Origin: Nannocystales bacterium
GTDB taxonomy: Bacteria; Myxococcota_A; Polyangia; Nannocystales; Nannocystaceae
Length of the DNA stretch: 64,000 bases
Direction of reading: 5' to 3'
Assembly: GCA_050633305.1 (NCBI GenBank)
Contig: JBOEGF010000027.1
Coordinates: forward strand, 63,403 to 127,402
The translations under genes were made by a program, and so were the position numbers. The number at the start of each line of letters is the position of its first letter. Position 1 is the first letter of the stretch. Below the pieces are notes generated by a model that did no database searches, was not told the origin of the DNA, and worked only from the letters and a program-made list of their open reading frames with translations. This document shows, piece by piece, positions 47,160-59,032 of this stretch.

Positions 47160-48503
47160 TCAGAGTCCCAGAGGCGCGACTCCGTCGTCGCCGAAGGTCG
47201 TTGTGTCCATGCCGAGCTTCTGCAGCATGTCGACGAACAGGTTGCCGAGCGGGTCACCGTCGAACTGCAGGTGCTGACCCACGGGCATCGTGCCGCCACC
47301 GTGGCCTCCGACAAGGACCGGCATGTTGTTGTGGCTGTGGCTGTTGCCGTCTTCGATCTCCGAGGACAAGAACACCATGCTGTTCTCCAACACGTTGCTT
47401 CCGTCCCCCTCGGGGGAGTCCTTGAGGCCGCGAAGCAGATAGGCGAGCTTCTCGATCTCCCAGCGGTCGATGATCGTGAGCAGGTCTTGCGTCGCCTGGG
47501 ACCCACCATGGTGGGACAGGTTGTGGTGTCCCCCGGGCGCGCCGATGAAGCCGTAGTCTCGACCTGACGCGCCGTTGGCCAACATGAACGACACCACGCG
47601 GGTCCGATCACACTGGAACGACTTGATGATGATGTCGAGCATCACTGCAACCCGAGCGTCGATATCTCCACCGACCTCGCCCGGGAACCCGGGGTCCAGC
47701 TCACATGCCGGGGCATCGGCCTCGGACTGGACCCGAAGCTCCAGATCGCGTACGGAATCGAGGTACTGCTCCAGCTTGACGCGGTCGGTGGCGCCGAGTT
47801 TGGACTGCAGCGCGGCTGCGTCGTCGAGCGCATGATCGAGAACGCTCAAGCGCTTGGCTTTGATGCGCTGTAGTTCGACCGCGGACGCCCCCGGGTCGAA
47901 GCCCGAGAACAGGAGGTCGAAGGCGGTCTGAGCCTCGGTGAGCTTCGGCAGCGGGTTGTTACCCTGCCACGAGATGTTTCGGACGTAGGCGCAGCCATAT
48001 CCGCTGTCGCAGTTCCCCACGTTGCCACCCCCGTCCATGCCCAGCTGCATGGAGCGCACGGAGGTCTCGCCGCCGATGTGTCCGGCGTAGGCCTGGTCGA
48101 CCGAGGTTCCGTTGGTGATGACGCTCTCGGACTTGTTGACGTGAACGGCCGTCGCGAACGACCCCGTTCCCGCCGCGTGGTCGCCAGCGCCGTCGGACTG
48201 GCCAGGCGCATTGTCGAGCCCACTGAGAACCGTAATGTCGCCGAGCAGATCGGCGTCGGCCAACGGCTGGAGAATCGGGGTGACGGACCAGCCCGCGCCG
48301 GTCTGCGCCGGAGTCCAGTCCGACATGTTGATGCCGCAGGGCACGTAAAAGGTCATCAGGCGCTGCGGGTTCGCAGGGGCACCGCCGTGGGCTTGAACGC
48401 GACGACTGGGCATCATCGCCTCGAGCATCGGCAGAGCGATGGCGATGGCGCTGCCGCCTCCGAGGAAGGTCCGGCGAGAAAGGATGGATGAGCGCTTGGT
48501 CAT
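47160..48503 (-). CDS. DUF1552 family protein (Tat signal)
   Basis: SRRTFLGG...LPMLEAM, SVDQ, CDSGYGCAY, FQCDRTRV, HHNLSHH, GNSHSHNNMP. Confidence 0.9.
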   Translation of the reverse strand: MTKRSSILSRRTFLGGGSAIAIALPMLEAMMPSRRVQAHGGAPANPQRLMTFYVPCGINMSDWTPAQTGAGWSVTPILQPLADADLLGDITVLSGLDNAPGQSDGAGDHAAGTGSFATAVHVNKSESVITNGTSVDQAYAGHIGGETSVRSMQLGMDGGGNVGNCDSGYGCAYVRNISWQGNNPLPKLTEAQTAFDLLFSGFDPGASAVELQRIKAKRLSVLDHALDDAAALQSKLGATDRVKLEQYLDSVRDLELRVQSEADAPACELDPGFPGEVGGDIDARVAVMLDIIIKSFQCDRTRVVSFMLANGASGRDYGFIGAPGGHHNLSHHGGSQATQDLLTIIDRWEIEKLAYLLRGLKDSPEGDGSNVLENSMVFLSSEIEDGNSHSHNNMPVLVGGHGGGTMPVGQHLQFDGDPLGNLFVDMLQKLGMDTTTFGDDGVAPLGL

Positions 48504-48527
48504 GGTCTCGTCTCCGTTTCTTCGGCG

Positions 48528-50624
48528 CTATTGCGCTTCGCCTCGGCGCATTCGGAAGTTGTCGCTCGTCGCGAGCCCGACGAGCAGAGTCTGCAGCTGG
48601 TAGCCGGACTCGGAGAACGCATCCGCTGCCTCCCCGATGACATCCTCGTCGTACTTCTCAATGCCCCGGCCCAGGCCGTAGAGCATGACCTTCTCGGCCA
48701 CGCAGTGGGAGAACTCGTCGCTCGTCGCGATCAGCTCCACCATTTGCAGCGCATCCCCAAAGTCCCCGCCGATCGGAAGCGTGCCGCTCGGGTCGATGTC
48801 GTATGGACCTTCGGTCTCTCGCCACGCGCCCATGCCGTCGTAGTTCTCGAACGCCAGGCCCACGGGGTCCATCAGTTCATGGCACGCAGCGCACGCGGGG
48901 TCTTCCCGGTGCTTGGCCAATCGCTCTCGCATCGGTCCCTCATCGAACGAGGGGTCAACCGTGGTCTCGGCGTCCGGCGGCGGCGGCGGCGGCTCGATGC
49001 ACAACAGCTGGGAGACAACCCAGTGCCCTCGTTTCACGGGTGAGGTGACGTTGGGGTGCGCGAGCACGGACATCAAACCACCTGTGGTCAGCAGGCCGCG
49101 TCGCGGAGAGTCTGCAAGGCTCACCCGAACGAACTCATCGGTCCCAACCGGCGGGAGGCCGTAATAGGCAGCCAAGCGATCGTTGATGAATGTCTCCTTG
49201 CTCGTGAACAGCTCGTCGAGCCCGCGGCCTTCTTCGATGACCGCCGCGATGAGCAGCTCCATCTCGGTCCGCATGTCCTCGCGCAGCATCGTCGAGAAGT
49301 CCGGGTATGCATCCGGGTCTTTGACGAGTTCCTCAGTCAGCGCGCGGGTGTAGAGCCATTGTCCGGCGAAGTTCTCGGCGAGGGCCTTCGATTTCGGGTC
49401 GGCGAGCATCCGTTCCACCTGCTCCTCGATCACGCCCGGCTCGTTCAGCCCTCCTTGTGAGGCCAACTCGAACAGCGCATCGTCAGGCATGCTGCTCCAA
49501 AGGAAGTAGCTCAGCCGCGACGCAAGCTCATAGTCGCCGAGCAGGTGTGGCTCCAACGACTGCGGCTGCGGGTCGAGCTCAACCCGGAACGTGAAGTGCG
49601 GGGACAGAAGCACCGCCTTCATCGCGAGCTTGAGCCCATCCTCCCAGCGTTCACCGTCATCCTGGGCGTAGCTCACGAAACCGACCAACGAGGCCAGCTC
49701 TTCGTCGGTCACCGGACGACGCCAAGCCCGCTCCGCGAAGCGGCGTACGGTCGCGTCGGTGCAGCCCTCCTCCGCCTCAGCGCACTGCACGAGTTGGTCG
49801 AAGACGCCGCCCTCCCCTGCCGGGGGCTCGACATCCACGTAGTCGACCAGCAAGTTGGTGTCGATCCCCATGTCGGGGTCGAAGGTGTCGTTGGTGAACT
49901 CGACCGTGACGATGTGCGCGCCCGTGTCGAGCGCGACCTGAAACTCGTGGTCTTCGGCAGCCTCGGCCGTCCCCACGACGTCGAACGACGCCTGCTCGAG
50001 CCCGTCCACGCTCACCACCATGTTCGGCGATGGACCTGCACCCGCCTGACCGGCAGCGCGGACAAGCACCGTGTATTCGCCGTCGGTTTCGGCGGCGACG
50101 GGGACCTCGATCGTTCCGTTGGAGGAGAGGTTCCAGAAGCCACCGCAACACTCCGCGCCGACGTCGCTGCCGATCGCCTCGGCTTCGATCCTTGCGGCCT
50201 CCCCCGCAGGGGCCGCAAATGCGGCATCGAGGACTTGGTCCGCCGCCCGCTCATAGAGCTCGACCAGCAGCGGTGAGGTGTTGAGGGCGTCGGCGATGTT
50301 GTCGAAGCCGAAGGAATGGTCGTCGGCCGGAAAGACGTCGGCGGGGGAGACGTCCAATCCATAGAACAGATCGCGGATCGTGTTGTTGTACTCGGCTCGG
50401 TTCAGTCGATGCAGCGTGACCCGGCCGGGATCCGCATCTGCGTCCTCGCCATCGGTGTCCGCACCATCTGTGCCCGAGCCGTCTGCATCAGCAGGGTCTT
50501 GAGCACCGTCGGTGTCCGCGGAGGAGTCCATCCCGCTCGCCGCCGCGTCGACCTTGGCCCCTGAGTAACAACCGCCCAGCGCAATGCTGCCTGCAACAAT
50601 GATCCAACCGGTCCGCATCAACAT
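48528..50624 (-). CDS. DUF1592/DUF1588 (PSD-domain) lipoprotein with inserted carbohydrate-binding-like module and CxxCH
   Basis: Lipobox LGGC, LHRLNRAEYNNTIRDL, GFDN, insert ...VSVDG...HIVTVEFTND...NLLVDYVDV, ELASRLSYFLWSSMPD, SPVKRG, CAACH. Confidence 0.88.
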   Translation of the reverse strand: MLMRTGWIIVAGSIALGGCYSGAKVDAAASGMDSSADTDGAQDPADADGSGTDGADTDGEDADADPGRVTLHRLNRAEYNNTIRDLFYGLDVSPADVFPADDHSFGFDNIADALNTSPLLVELYERAADQVLDAAFAAPAGEAARIEAEAIGSDVGAECCGGFWNLSSNGTIEVPVAAETDGEYTVLVRAAGQAGAGPSPNMVVSVDGLEQASFDVVGTAEAAEDHEFQVALDTGAHIVTVEFTNDTFDPDMGIDTNLLVDYVDVEPPAGEGGVFDQLVQCAEAEEGCTDATVRRFAERAWRRPVTDEELASLVGFVSYAQDDGERWEDGLKLAMKAVLLSPHFTFRVELDPQPQSLEPHLLGDYELASRLSYFLWSSMPDDALFELASQGGLNEPGVIEEQVERMLADPKSKALAENFAGQWLYTRALTEELVKDPDAYPDFSTMLREDMRTEMELLIAAVIEEGRGLDELFTSKETFINDRLAAYYGLPPVGTDEFVRVSLADSPRRGLLTTGGLMSVLAHPNVTSPVKRGHWVVSQLLCIEPPPPPPDAETTVDPSFDEGPMRERLAKHREDPACAACHELMDPVGLAFENYDGMGAWRETEGPYDIDPSGTLPIGGDFGDALQMVELIATSDEFSHCVAEKVMLYGLGRGIEKYDEDVIGEAADAFSESGYQLQTLLVGLATSDNFRMRRGEAQ

Positions 50625-50786
50625 CCCCAGGCCGCAGCATCACAAACGTGGCACCAAGGGACAAATGGACTCTTTGTGGGCGGAGTGACGCTGTGTGCAC
50701 TCATCCGACCCGAGGCAGCCGATTCGGGCAGGGAGCCCACATCGTTTTCCACCGGTTGCGTGATCGCTCCGCGATTCCGCGCACGC

Positions 50787-50820
50787 AAAAGCCCTCCCCC
50801 GCGAGAGCGAGAGAGGGCTT
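50787..50820 (-). terminator. Intrinsic terminator after groEL
   Basis: Stem AAGCCCTC / GAGGGCTT with a TTTT run on the minus strand. Confidence 0.7.
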
Positions 50821-50870
50821 GGTCGGACCTGCACCGGCCTCGGAAGAGGCCGGGTCGGACCGAGAAGGGC

Positions 50871-52568
<1,698 letters not shown>

Positions 52569-52579
52569 CTACTCGAGGA

Positions 52580-52867
52580 CTACTCGAGAACTGCGAGGAC
52601 TTCTTCTTCGCGGAGAACGATGTGCTCTTCGCCTTCGAGCTTCAGCTCGGTGCCGGCGTACTTGCCGAACAGGATCTCGTCGCCGGCCTTCACGTCGGGC
52701 GAGATGCGGTTGCCGTCTTTGTCGCGCTTGCCTTCGCCGACAGCGACGACCTTGCCGCGTGCGGGCTTCTCTTTGGCGGAGTCGGGAATGAACAGGCCAC
52801 CGGCGGTCTTGGTTTCCTCGGCGACGCGCTTGATGACGAGACGATCGTGAAGGGGACGGATTTTCAT
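52580..52867 (-). CDS. groS: Co-chaperonin GroES
   Basis: [30 protein letters not shown]. Confidence 0.99.
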   Translation of the reverse strand: MKIRPLHDRLVIKRVAEETKTAGGLFIPDSAKEKPARGKVVAVGEGKRDKDGNRISPDVKAGDEILFGKYAGTELKLEGEEHIVLREEEVLAVLE

Positions 52868-52986
52868 CGGATTTCGCTCTAGAATTTTTGGGGTTCGTTG
52901 AGGGAGTGTTTCGGGCGGATATGCATGCGTTGACGCACATGTGCGCAGCGCGTGAACCGCCGAAATGACTCAAGAATCTCAGGCGA

Positions 52987-53013
52987 CTAGCAGTCGAGCT
53001 GGTCGAGTGCTAG
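52987..53013 (-). promoter_or_regulatory. CIRCE element (HrcA operator)
   Basis: CTAGCACTC-N9-GACTGCTAG on the minus strand, versus consensus TTAGCACTC-N9-GAGTGCTAA, upstream of groES. Confidence 0.9.
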
Positions 53014-53021
53014 CGGCCCGG

Positions 53022-53049
53022 AGCATAAGCCGCGACCTAGGGCGGTCAA
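53022..53049 (-). promoter_or_regulatory. Sigma70-like groESL promoter
   Basis: TTGACC-N16-TATGCT just upstream of CIRCE. Confidence 0.65.
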
Positions 53050-53140
53050 CCGCCCCAAATGAAAAAAATGGGGTTCAACAGTGGTCGCAAGCCGTGAGCA
53101 GACCCACAGTTTAAGGAGACCGACTGAAAGGCCGCCCCTG

Positions 53141-53731
53141 ATGACCCACGACTTTGCCAACCAGCACACCACGCTGGAGTCCTTCTTCTTCGAGGAGATC
53201 GAGCGTGCACAGTCCGAGCGCCCGCGCCGGCTGTCCACGGATGTAGAGGCCTACATCGTTGGTCTCCTGGCCCGCTACGCCACCCGTACTCATGCCGCCG
53301 GCCGAACCTCCCGACCCCTGGCCCTCGACTACCTCGAGGCCCGGGACCAGAAAGGGAGCCGCCGAGCCAAGGCACTACGGCGGGTGGGCGATCGCGCCCT
53401 GTACATCTCCGGTGTCGTCCCCCGAAGCATGACCCGCAGCCCAGTCGGGGTCGGCTACGTCAAAGGGATCGGCACCGCAGCCTATCGCGCCGTGACCGAT
53501 GCACCGACGGGAGGTCATCTCGATGTGCTGCGCCGGATCGCCGCCAACTTCGACGAGGTGGCCGAGGTGATCGGCGACGTCGCGAACCCAGCGGGAAACA
53601 CGGCGGCCAACGACGGTGGCTTGCTTGAGATCTACGAGCGGTGGCGTCTCGAGGGCGGCGACGCCGATCTGCGTCGCCTCGTCGCGGCAGGAGTCCTTAT
53701 CGACCCCGATCGGTCGGACGTCGTGCAGTGA
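53141..53731 (+). CDS. Conserved-looking hypothetical protein
   Basis: Helical protein (LESFF...EAYIVGLL...LRRVGDRALYISG...Y...G..AY...LLEIYERW) divergent from groES. Confidence 0.7.
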   Translation: MTHDFANQHTTLESFFFEEIERAQSERPRRLSTDVEAYIVGLLARYATRTHAAGRTSRPLALDYLEARDQKGSRRAKALRRVGDRALYISGVVPRSMTRSPVGVGYVKGIGTAAYRAVTDAPTGGHLDVLRRIAANFDEVAEVIGDVANPAGNTAANDGGLLEIYERWRLEGGDADLRRLVAAGVLIDPDRSDVVQ

Positions 53732-54357
53732 ACTGCGTCGCCCCAGGTGCCGTCGACCGCAAGCTTCGGGCGCTGTTCGACGGCATCGAGGCGCTCTACC
53801 AAACCCGCTCGGGCTTGGACCCCGCCGACGTCGTTCAGCGCGTCGCCGACGGCCCTCGGGAGACGTTGCTTCTGCGCGAAGACGACGATGCACTTCGGGT
53901 CGCCCTGGTGTTTGGCGACGACACGCTGCGCCTCCTCGAGCATCGGTCGCTCGACGAAGCCCTCAGCGACGCGGGACTCGGCGAGTCCCTGCCAGTCCTC
54001 GAGGGGCTCAGTCATCTGGCCTACATGGCGGAGGCGGCCCGGTGCGAGCGCCCCGTCAGTGGGCTCGAACTCGAGACCCAGGCCGAAGTCGACAAGCTTG
54101 CGCTGGTCCTGCTGCATCGCTGGCCCACCAGCGCCTCCACGTTCGAGCAACTCGTCGAGCGTCTCTACGTCCGCTTCGAACTCCTTCCCGGACCGGCCGA
54201 ACTTCAGCAGCGATACCTCGCTGCCAATCGCATCGCGCTTCGCTTTGCACGGGCCCTGCGCGAATCGGTGCGAGCCCAGCGAATCTCGGAGCTCCGCGCC
54301 ACGCTGCGACGGTTTTGGAGCCGAGATATGGACGGGAAGCGGGCGCTCGCGGCTTGA
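53728..54357 (+). CDS. Hypothetical protein, translationally coupled to the upstream gene
   Basis: GTGA overlap. Motifs RETLLLRE, LEGLSHLAY, LELETQAEVDK, RY..AN..A. Confidence 0.7.
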   Translation: MNCVAPGAVDRKLRALFDGIEALYQTRSGLDPADVVQRVADGPRETLLLREDDDALRVALVFGDDTLRLLEHRSLDEALSDAGLGESLPVLEGLSHLAYMAEAARCERPVSGLELETQAEVDKLALVLLHRWPTSASTFEQLVERLYVRFELLPGPAELQQRYLAANRIALRFARALRESVRAQRISELRATLRRFWSRDMDGKRALAA

Positions 54358-54394
54358 AAGCCGAGCAACGACGCCCCTGGGGCACGGCCGGCCC

Positions 54395-55165
54395 CTACGA
54401 CCGCCACGCCGCCTGCATGGCTGCCCACGGAACGCCGTCGAGAATCTCGCTCATGCTCACCGGCGCGAAGCCGCGAATCATCCCCTGCCCTGCGGGGCAC
54501 CACGAACGCAGCGCTGCAGCGACGCGAGCAGGATCCACAGCACCGCGGCGTACGACCATGGGCTGAATCGGAAACGGTCCCAGGCTTTCGAGGACCCGTA
54601 GTCCGTCCTGCGGCATCGCTCTCCAGACGTTCGCGTCCACAGCAGCCACGTCGGCGACTCCCTCTCGAACCGCGCAGACCGACCGTGCGTGTGAACCGGT
54701 CTCCAACCACCGACCGAAGTACGCCTGTCCCCCCAGCGCGTCGACCCGGCCCAACAGCGAGCCGAAACCCGAGAGCGATGCGCGGTCATTGAATGCGGCG
54801 ACCTCTCCGCCGAGGTCATCGACTCGCGATGCGCGGTGCCTTTCTCGCACGATCACCTCACACCAGTAGTGTCCGCGTCCCTCACAGCGGGGGTCGTCAA
54901 GCACCATCGAAGCGGGAACGAGGTCCACCGAGCCCTGGGCATGCAGCCACAACATGGACGGCGCGCAGACCCAACCGAGGTCGAACTCCCCCACGGCAAA
55001 TGCGTCGTCGGCCGCGGCGCGAGGTCCCGATCCGCACCGGGCCACGTCCAGCGAGATCCGGCACGAGAGTTTCTGTTCGAGCCCCGCGACGACCTCGGCA
55101 AACAACGAACGCGGCAGCCCTGGCTCCCCATCCTCCGCTGCTAGATAGGTGACGCAGCGCAGCAT
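54395..55165 (-). CDS. PhnD/SsuA/transferrin-family substrate-binding-like protein, no signal peptide
   Basis: DLGWVCAP, Y...VIVR, AFNDRASLSG, TGSHARSV..V..G.ADVAAVD, LGPFPIQP. Confidence 0.78.
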   Translation of the reverse strand: MLRCVTYLAAEDGEPGLPRSLFAEVVAGLEQKLSCRISLDVARCGSGPRAAADDAFAVGEFDLGWVCAPSMLWLHAQGSVDLVPASMVLDDPRCEGRGHYWCEVIVRERHRASRVDDLGGEVAAFNDRASLSGFGSLLGRVDALGGQAYFGRWLETGSHARSVCAVREGVADVAAVDANVWRAMPQDGLRVLESLGPFPIQPMVVRRGAVDPARVAAALRSWCPAGQGMIRGFAPVSMSEILDGVPWAAMQAAWRS

Positions 55166-55170
55166 GCCCC

Positions 55171-56676
55171 TCACGGTTGGACAGGGGCGGAACGCGTAGG
55201 TCGGCCGCGAATGGTCGGACGTGGGCCACGAAGTTCCACCCGCCACAGCGGCCCCGCTTCGGTCACCCGGAAACGCGACTTCAAGGTGCGGACAGGGCGG
55301 AACGTGTAGACCTCTTCCCCGGCCCGGAGAACGCGGTCGACCGCTGCGGTGCGCGGCTTCTTCCACACCGTCGCCTTCGCACAACGCTGCGCGGTCGCCT
55401 GCATGTAGATGAACACCGAGTAGTAGCGCCACTCGGTTGGGGAGCTGTAGTTGATGACCCGCGCCTCCCCCTGCACAGCGTCACACGCAGCCTCTCCGTA
55501 CTCTGAGGCCCCGGTGCTCTCGCTGAGGTCCACGGTGTCGTAGTTCTTCGGGACAAGCGACACGGGCAGCGCGACCAACAGCCAAGCGCATCGACCGAGC
55601 CACGGATGAAGCCGGCAAAGCGGCTTCGACAGAGCGTCGGCTGAGAGACCCACGCCAACACACCCGATCGCGATCGCCGGCAGGAAGAAAACGTCGAGGT
55701 CGGGGACCTTGTAGTTGAAGAACCACCACAGGTTCCCAGCGGCCGCCAGAACCACACCGGTCCCCGTCTTCGGTCGACGAACGACGAGGACCACCAATCC
55801 GACCACCGCGAGCGCGACCCCCACGACGAGCAGGTTGTCGACCCAGATGTCCCACAGCAGCTCGAGGCGCTTGTCGAAATCGTAGTCCTTGAGGAACTTG
55901 CGCTTGAACGACCCCCCGGTGGAGTTCTTTCGGAAGATCGTCCAATCGCGGGCGTCCCAGTTCTCGAACTTCCGCAGCGGGACATAGAGAAACACCAGCA
56001 ACCCACTCGCAGCGGCAAGCGCACTGAGCAACGCCAGGGAAAGCCGGGCACGGAGTCGCTCGAGCAGCATGCGCGGGCGCAGTCGCTCGGGAAGGTCGTA
56101 CGTCCACACCATCCACGCGTAGCCGACGCCAAACGTCGTGATCGACATGTGCATGCCGACGCCCAGCCCGCCCACGAGGCCAGCCAAGATCACGCCGCGC
56201 CTCCACTGTTCTTGGTGGGCGCGAACGAGGATCAGCAGTGCACCCAGGGTCATGACCAGGCCGGGCGTGTAGACCTCGGCGACGACCGCGTTGGCCCAGA
56301 AGGTCCGAGCGGTCGCCAAGACCGCCGAGCCGACCACCGCGGCCGCGATGCTCCCGCCGAGTCGGCGGACCAGCGCGTAGGTGATGGCGACCGCCCCCAC
56401 GCCAAACACCAAGCTCATCCGGTTCACGCCCAGCGCCGGCTCACCCGGCAGCCAGGTGAACAGGTGGGCCACCATCGTGTACAGCGGATAGCCCGGCGGG
56501 TGCGGCACCCCAAGGGTGACCGCATGCGCCGAGAACTCAGCGCTGTCGTACCAGTACACCGTCGGACACAGCGTCGACGCAAACAAGATCACGGTACCGA
56601 CCAGCACGGTTGCAAGGGCGATACGGTCGGGCATCGAGCGCCCCTGAGGCTCGGCGGCTGTCGTTTCCTCGGACAT
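55171..56676 (-). CDS. DUF2723 family membrane glycosyltransferase (GT-C, TMEM260-like)
   Basis: PTVYWYDSAEF...LGVPHPPGYPLY, FWANAVVAEVY, many TM segments. Confidence 0.85.
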   Translation of the reverse strand: MSEETTAAEPQGRSMPDRIALATVLVGTVILFASTLCPTVYWYDSAEFSAHAVTLGVPHPPGYPLYTMVAHLFTWLPGEPALGVNRMSLVFGVGAVAITYALVRRLGGSIAAAVVGSAVLATARTFWANAVVAEVYTPGLVMTLGALLILVRAHQEQWRRGVILAGLVGGLGVGMHMSITTFGVGYAWMVWTYDLPERLRPRMLLERLRARLSLALLSALAAASGLLVFLYVPLRKFENWDARDWTIFRKNSTGGSFKRKFLKDYDFDKRLELLWDIWVDNLLVVGVALAVVGLVVLVVRRPKTGTGVVLAAAGNLWWFFNYKVPDLDVFFLPAIAIGCVGVGLSADALSKPLCRLHPWLGRCAWLLVALPVSLVPKNYDTVDLSESTGASEYGEAACDAVQGEARVINYSSPTEWRYYSVFIYMQATAQRCAKATVWKKPRTAAVDRVLRAGEEVYTFRPVRTLKSRFRVTEAGPLWRVELRGPRPTIRGRPTRSAPVQP

Positions 56677-56729
56677 GCGCGGGGCCCGGTTGTACCAGGT
56701 CTTCGTTGACCCGAGCCCCGCCGTGGAAC

Positions 56730-57452
56730 TCAGAGTCCCAAGAACTCGGAGACGAACTCGGAGGCCGGCCGTGCGCGCAGAGCATCCAGGTCCCCGACCT
56801 GCACCACCTTTCCGCGTTCCACAACCGCAACCCGGGCGGCGAGGGCCTCGACGTCCCGCACATCGTGGGTCACGACGATCGCCGGACGGCCAAAGGCCTG
56901 CAGTCGCTCGGTGAGAAAGCGCCGCACAGCCCGTCGGGACGTCGCGTCCAACGCAGCCAGCGGTTCGTCCAGCAGCAGCAAGTTGGGCTCGAGAACAAGC
57001 GCCCGTGCGAGCGCCACGCGTTGTTGCTCTCCGCCGGAGAGGCCCTGCACCCGCCGCTCGGCCAGCGACGCGCACCCGAGTTGCCCGAGCAACGCCCTCG
57101 CCTTCTCGTGCCGTTGCGCCCGCGGCATCCGCACCGGCCCCGACGCGAGGCCAAACCCAACGTTGTCGAGGACGCCCAGGTGCGGGAACAGCCCGTAGCC
57201 TTGGGGGAGGTATCCGATTCGGCGCTCCTCCGCGGGGATGTCGATTCCCTGCGTCGAGCTGGCGAGCGTGGTTCCGGATACCGAGAGCTCGACCACCGAG
57301 GGACGGAGAACACCGGCAAGCAGCCTCAGGAAACTCGTCTTGCCACTGCCGTTGGGACCGACAAGTGCAAGGACGCCCTCGTCCCCGTCGAGTTCGACAT
57401 CGAGTTCGAACCCACCCACCCTCGCGTTGATCGCCGCCGTCCAAGCAGTCAT
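56730..57452 (-). CDS. modC: Molybdate ABC transporter ATP-binding subunit
   Basis: [42 protein letters not shown] overlap with modB. Confidence 0.88.
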   Translation of the reverse strand: MTAWTAAINARVGGFELDVELDGDEGVLALVGPNGSGKTSFLRLLAGVLRPSVVELSVSGTTLASSTQGIDIPAEERRIGYLPQGYGLFPHLGVLDNVGFGLASGPVRMPRAQRHEKARALLGQLGCASLAERRVQGLSGGEQQRVALARALVLEPNLLLLDEPLAALDATSRRAVRRFLTERLQAFGRPAIVVTHDVRDVEALAARVAVVERGKVVQVGDLDALRARPASEFVSEFLGL

Positions 57453-58267
57453 CGAGGCCTCAGGGTCGGGCGAAGCTTCGACAGTAGACGGAGTCCCGCG
57501 AGCAGCACCATCCCCAACCCGGCAAGGAACAAGGAGAAGACCACTGCGAGGCGAACATCGGACTCGAGCGCGGTGAAGATCGCCAACGGGAGCGTCTGCG
57601 TCGTGCCCGGCATGTTTCCAGCGAAAAGCAACGTGGCCCCGAACTCTCCCAACGATCGTGCCCAAGCCAAGGACGCGCCGCTCAACAACCCGGGCATCGC
57701 GATAGGAAGGGCGACCCGAAGGAACGCTCCTGCAGGTGTCGCCCCCAGCGTCCGAGCGACCGCGATCGTGTCCCGGTCGATCTCCCGGAACGCGGATGTC
57801 GCGGCCTGAACGAAGAACGGGGCGGACACCACAACCTGGGCCAGGACCACCGCGACCGGTGTGAAGGGGATGCGGAACCCAACATCGTGCAGCGCGGGCC
57901 CGAAGACCCCCTGTGCTCCGAAGGTCTGCAGAAGAGCCACGCCCACGACCGCCGGTGGAATCACGATCGGTGCCTCGACCAACACCGACACGATGCGGGT
58001 CGCCCTCGAGGACGAGCTCGCCAACCACCAGGAGAGCGGTGTTCCCAAGACCACCGTGAGTCCCAGACTGACCACGGTCGTCTGCAGGCTCAACCGCAGT
58101 GCCCGTCCAAACAATGGGTGTCGAAGACCAGACGCGAAATCGGCCGGCGTCACGGAGGCCACCAACGCGAACAAGGGAATGGCCAGTAAGCCGACCAAGG
58201 CGGCGCCCAACAGGCCACCCGCCACAGGCACGACACGCCGAGGCCATGCGCGTCGAGGCGTGCTCAT
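57449..58267 (-). CDS. modB: Molybdate ABC transporter permease
   Basis: [46 protein letters not shown]. Confidence 0.92.
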   Translation of the reverse strand: MSTPRRAWPRRVVPVAGGLLGAALVGLLAIPLFALVASVTPADFASGLRHPLFGRALRLSLQTTVVSLGLTVVLGTPLSWWLASSSSRATRIVSVLVEAPIVIPPAVVGVALLQTFGAQGVFGPALHDVGFRIPFTPVAVVLAQVVVSAPFFVQAATSAFREIDRDTIAVARTLGATPAGAFLRVALPIAMPGLLSGASLAWARSLGEFGATLLFAGNMPGTTQTLPLAIFTALESDVRLAVVFSLFLAGLGMVLLAGLRLLSKLRPTLRPR

Positions 58268-59028
58268 CGACCCCCCGCCAGGAACCCATGCGTCGCGAGG
58301 ACTGCTTGGCCGGGGACGGACAGGACGTGCTGAGCGAATCGCCGGCCCGCTTCGCCGTGCGGGGCGTCACCGAGCACACCGATCGGGAGCTCGACCGGAA
58401 CCGCGACCTCAGCGGGGATCTCGGTCACGCGCAGACTCGGCGTATGGACGGTGTCGGTCCGGTACACCAGTGCTGCGTCCGCTTCACCGAGCTCGACCTT
58501 GGCACGCACCAAACGGACATTGCTCTCCCGCGACACCACATGAGCACGCACGGACGCGGAGAACACCGCATCGCTGCGATCCAGGACCGCATCGGCGTAA
58601 CGCCCCGCAGGAACGGCGGCCGAGCCCAGCACGATGCGCCTCGCCTGCTCGAGGTCGTCGAAGCGATGGATGCCCGCTGGGTTGTCCCCCGGTACGACGA
58701 CCACGAGTTCGTTGTGTGCGAACACGGCGTGGGACTCCAGCCGCCCGCGCTCATCCAGAGCCTCCATCTGCTCCGGATCCGCCGAGGCAAACACGTCGGC
58801 CGCTGCGCCTTGCTCAATCTGCAGACGGAGAACATGGCTCCCCGCGAAGGAGAGGCGAACATCGATACTGGGGTGTTCGCGTTCGAACGTCTGCTCGAGT
58901 TCCGTGAAGGCCTCGGTCAACGACGAAGCCGCAAAGACAGACAGCGGCACCCGCTTCGACGCCTCGCTCCCACACCCACCCAGCAGGAGTGAAAGGACGA
59001 CGACCGAGCGCGGGAGAAGCCGAGGCAT
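58264..59028 (-). CDS. modA: Molybdate ABC transporter substrate-binding lipoprotein
   Basis: Lipobox [51 protein letters not shown]. Confidence 0.92.
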   Translation of the reverse strand: MPRLLPRSVVVLSLLLGGCGSEASKRVPLSVFAASSLTEAFTELEQTFEREHPSIDVRLSFAGSHVLRLQIEQGAAADVFASADPEQMEALDERGRLESHAVFAHNELVVVVPGDNPAGIHRFDDLEQARRIVLGSAAVPAGRYADAVLDRSDAVFSASVRAHVVSRESNVRLVRAKVELGEADAALVYRTDTVHTPSLRVTEIPAEVAVPVELPIGVLGDAPHGEAGRRFAQHVLSVPGQAVLATHGFLAGGR

Positions 59029-59032
59029 GGAC

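Noticed and set aside
55171..58379. Apparent long ORFs 55171..57444 and 56730..58379
   Set aside because: Upstream parts are off-frame overlaps of modC and modB. True starts are near 56676 and 57452.
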